Shown: one piece after another, positions 61,118 through 64,000 of the stretch
How the letters are laid out: each line of letters opens with the position of its first letter
Numbering within the stretch: the stretch's first letter is position 1
From: an uncultured Planctomycetaceae bacterium
GTDB lineage: Bacteria > Planctomycetota > Planctomycetia > Pirellulales > PALSA-1355
Reading direction: 5' to 3'
Assembly: GCA_963785305.1 (NCBI GenBank)
Contig: CAWAUV010000004.1
Location: forward strand, 534,800-598,799
Length of the DNA: 64,000 nucleotides
The notes under the pieces: model-generated
What the model was told of the DNA's origin: nothing
What the model saw: only the letters and a program-made list of their open reading frames with translations
Database searches by the model: none
Made by a program: the position numbers and the translations under genes

Positions 61118-64000
61118 CCGAGTAGCTCTTTAAATAATACTTCTTAGTAATAAACGTTTTATAAACTTTTAATAAATTATATAAAAAAGAGAATAGCTTA
61201 TAAATATAAAATTATTTATAAATAAGCTAAAACTATTCTTCTAATTTAAATTTTAATAATATAAGTACTTTAAATAAAAACTAAAATAAATAAGTTTAAA
61301 AAATTAAAGAAAATTAATTTAAAATATTAATTTAAATATATATAAACTATAAAAAAAGACAAAGATTTATTAAGCTTTATATAATATTTTTATTTCTTTT
61401 ATTAATAAGTATTATATAAAGAATATTTATTAATTTATTTTAAAAAAAATAAAAGCTATTATATTATAAAATAAAAATTCTATATATTTAAAAGATTTAA
61501 TTAAAAAGGTTATTTAAAAATTATAAAACTCTTTTTTATATTATATTATATTATTAAATAATTAATTTTATAAATTCTTAAACTTTAAATTTAATATAAT
61601 TTCTTTAAATTATTAAAATTATTAATTATATATAAGAACTTATATTTATAAACTTTAAATTAATATATTAATTTTATTTTTTATTTCTAATATAAATTAT
61701 AAAAGAAATAATAATATTCTTATAAAGTTTTTTTAGATTTTTCTTTTCTCTTATATTCTTTTCTATATCTTATTTATATTTATAAAGCTTATTTCTTTTC
61801 TTTATAAATTATAATAGCTTTTATTTCTTTATAAAAAAAATTCTTTTTCTTTTTCTTTTTATTAATTCTTATAGTTTTATTTATATATATAAAGCTTTCT
61901 TTTTCTCTTTATAAGTTCTTTTAAATCTTAATTATATTTATAAAGTTATTTTATAAATTATTATAGCTCTTATTTTATTTATAAAGCTTTTTTCTTTTTA
62001 TAGGTTTTTTTAAGCTTTATTTATTTTTATAAGTTTTTTATTACTTATATTCTTATTTATAGCTTTCTTTTACTTCTTACTTATATTTATAAAGCCTTTT
62101 TATAAGCCCTTTTAAGCCTTATTTATTTTTATAAAGCTTTTTTTCTTTTTTTCTTTTTTTTTTATAAATAATTATAACTTTTTCTCTCTTTTATAAGTCT
62201 ATAAAGCTTTTTCTTTTCTTATATAAATTCTTATAGCCTTATTTTTACTTATAAAGCTCTCTTTTATATTTATAAAACTTCTTTTAAGCTTACTAAATAT
62301 TAGAATTATAATATATAATATATAAAAGTTTTAATATTTCTTATATAACTTATATTTTTAGAAAGTTTCGAAAGCTAGCTAAAGCTATAAAAATTCTTTT
62401 TTAAGCTTTAAAAAATTATAATAAAAGCCTCTTATAATAACTAGTATTATATAGTTAATATAGATATAATTTTAGCTAAAGAAATTAGTTTTAGCTAAGG
62501 TTTTAAATTATAGTTTAAATTAAGGTCGGATTTTAAAGCTCGGTATTTTAGTAATTTTAGCTATATTTATTTATTTACTATTATATTTTATTTCTTTTCT
62601 TTTTAGCTCTAAATTCTTAAAATATTAGAATTATTAATCTTTATATCTTATTTTATTACTTTATTTCTACTATTATAATTTTAAAAGAAGTCTTTAAATA
62701 TAAAATACAAATTCTATATATATATAAGATTTTAATTAAAACTTATTTTTATATAATATTTTTAAAAGAATTCTTTAAAAACTTTATATTATTAAATATA
62801 TTAAAAATATAAACTATTTTTAAACTATTTAAAGATATATTTCTTAACTTAAAAGTTATTTAAGTAAGATCTTTAATATTTTATTATTTTATTATATAAA
62901 TAATAATATTTTTATAAATTAATAAAATTAAAATAAATATAATTTATTTTTAATAAAAGAATTTAATTTATAAATTTCTTATATTTCTTATATTTCTTAT
63001 ATTTCTTATATTTCTTATATTTCTTATATTTCTTATATTTCTTATATTTCTTATATTTCTTATATTTCTTATATTTCTTATATTTCTTATATTTCTTATA
63101 TAATATTATAATTAATTAATTTGTAATTAATTCTTTTTTTTTAATTTAATATATAAAATTCTTTTTTAAATTATAATTTTTATTTTTAAATAATTAATTT
63201 TATAAATTCTTAAACTTTAAACTTAATATAATTTCTTTAAATTATTAATTATATATTTTTATTTCTAATATAAATTATATATAAAAATTCTTTTTATTAT
63301 AAAAGAAATAATATTATTCTTATAAAGCTTTCTAAAATCTTTCTTTTCTTTTATATTCTTTTTTAAGCCGTATTTATATTTATAAAGCTTTATTTTTATT
63401 TTTATATATTATTATAATTATAATTATTTTTATATTTTTATAAATTCTTATAATCTTATTTATATATAAAGCTTTTTTTTCTTTCTTATAAGTTTTCTTA
63501 ATTCTTATTTATATTTATAAAATTATTTTATAAACTATTATAGCTCTTACTTTTATTTATAAAGCTTTTTTTCTTTTATAAGCCCTTTTAAGCCTTATTT
63601 GCCTTTATAAATTTCTTATTAATTATATTTTTATTTATAATTTCTTTTTAGCTTTTACTTATATTTATAAAGCCTTTTCTTTTTTTAATAAATTATTATA
63701 ACTTTTTCTCTTACTTATAATTCCCTCTAAGCTATTTTATAAGCTTATAAAGCTTTCCCTTTCCTTATATAAACCCTTATAGCCTTATTCTTATTTATAA
63801 AGCTTTCTCTTATACCCGTAGAACTTCTCTTAAGCTTGCGCGGCATGTAATACGCGAAAGTTTTAATGTTCCTCACGTGACTTGTATTTTTAGGGAGTCT
63901 CGAGAGCTAGCCAGAGCCTTGAGAATTCCCCCCCGAGCTTTAAAAAATCGCAAGAAAAGCCCCTCGCATTCCAGAACCACTAAAATAGAGAGAAAGGTAC
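61054..64000 (-). mobile_element. Putative non-autonomous Helitron-associated module(s) N3, running off the right edge of the window
   Basis: 63,928-64,000 matches 60,783-60,854, upstream of the RepHel ATG; internal duplication about 61,550-62,430 vs 63,190-63,965; no RepHel relic seen. Confidence 0.65.
62974..63100. repeat. 9-bp tandem repeat (ATTTCTTAT)n, about 14 copies
   Basis: Directly visible. Confidence 0.92.

Overview
The window contains two unrelated genomes joined at about 24,373. Bases 1-24,373 are GC-rich, gene-dense bacterial DNA with a Planctomycete-type gene set: a cytochrome c domain protein, two ECF sigma/anti-sigma pairs, PEP-CTERM and DUF1559 proteins, a CPA1 antiporter, waaF, a DksA/TraR gene, lspA, proB and a purF cut off at the junction. 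Many of these genes carry frameshifts that look like long-read errors. Bases 24,374-64,000 look like ascomycete fungal DNA. From 24.4-40.1 kb there are three Ty3/gypsy retrotransposon relics degraded by RIP (repeat-induced point mutation); one is complete, with 303-bp LTRs and an ATCTA target-site duplication, and is nested in another. From 40.1-48.2 kb an unmutated island carries one large intron-containing gene that I can splice into a caspase-like + patatin + NACHT + ankyrin-like NLR. From 48.2-64 kb there is a head-to-tail array of RIP-degraded Helitrons: two ~5.1-kb RepHel copies plus non-autonomous modules, each separated by the same ~85-90-nt nested inverted repeat whose arms co-vary. 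The Helitron junction array and the dual-effector NLR are the two strongest leads. All protein calls come from motifs recognised by eye; no database searches were run.
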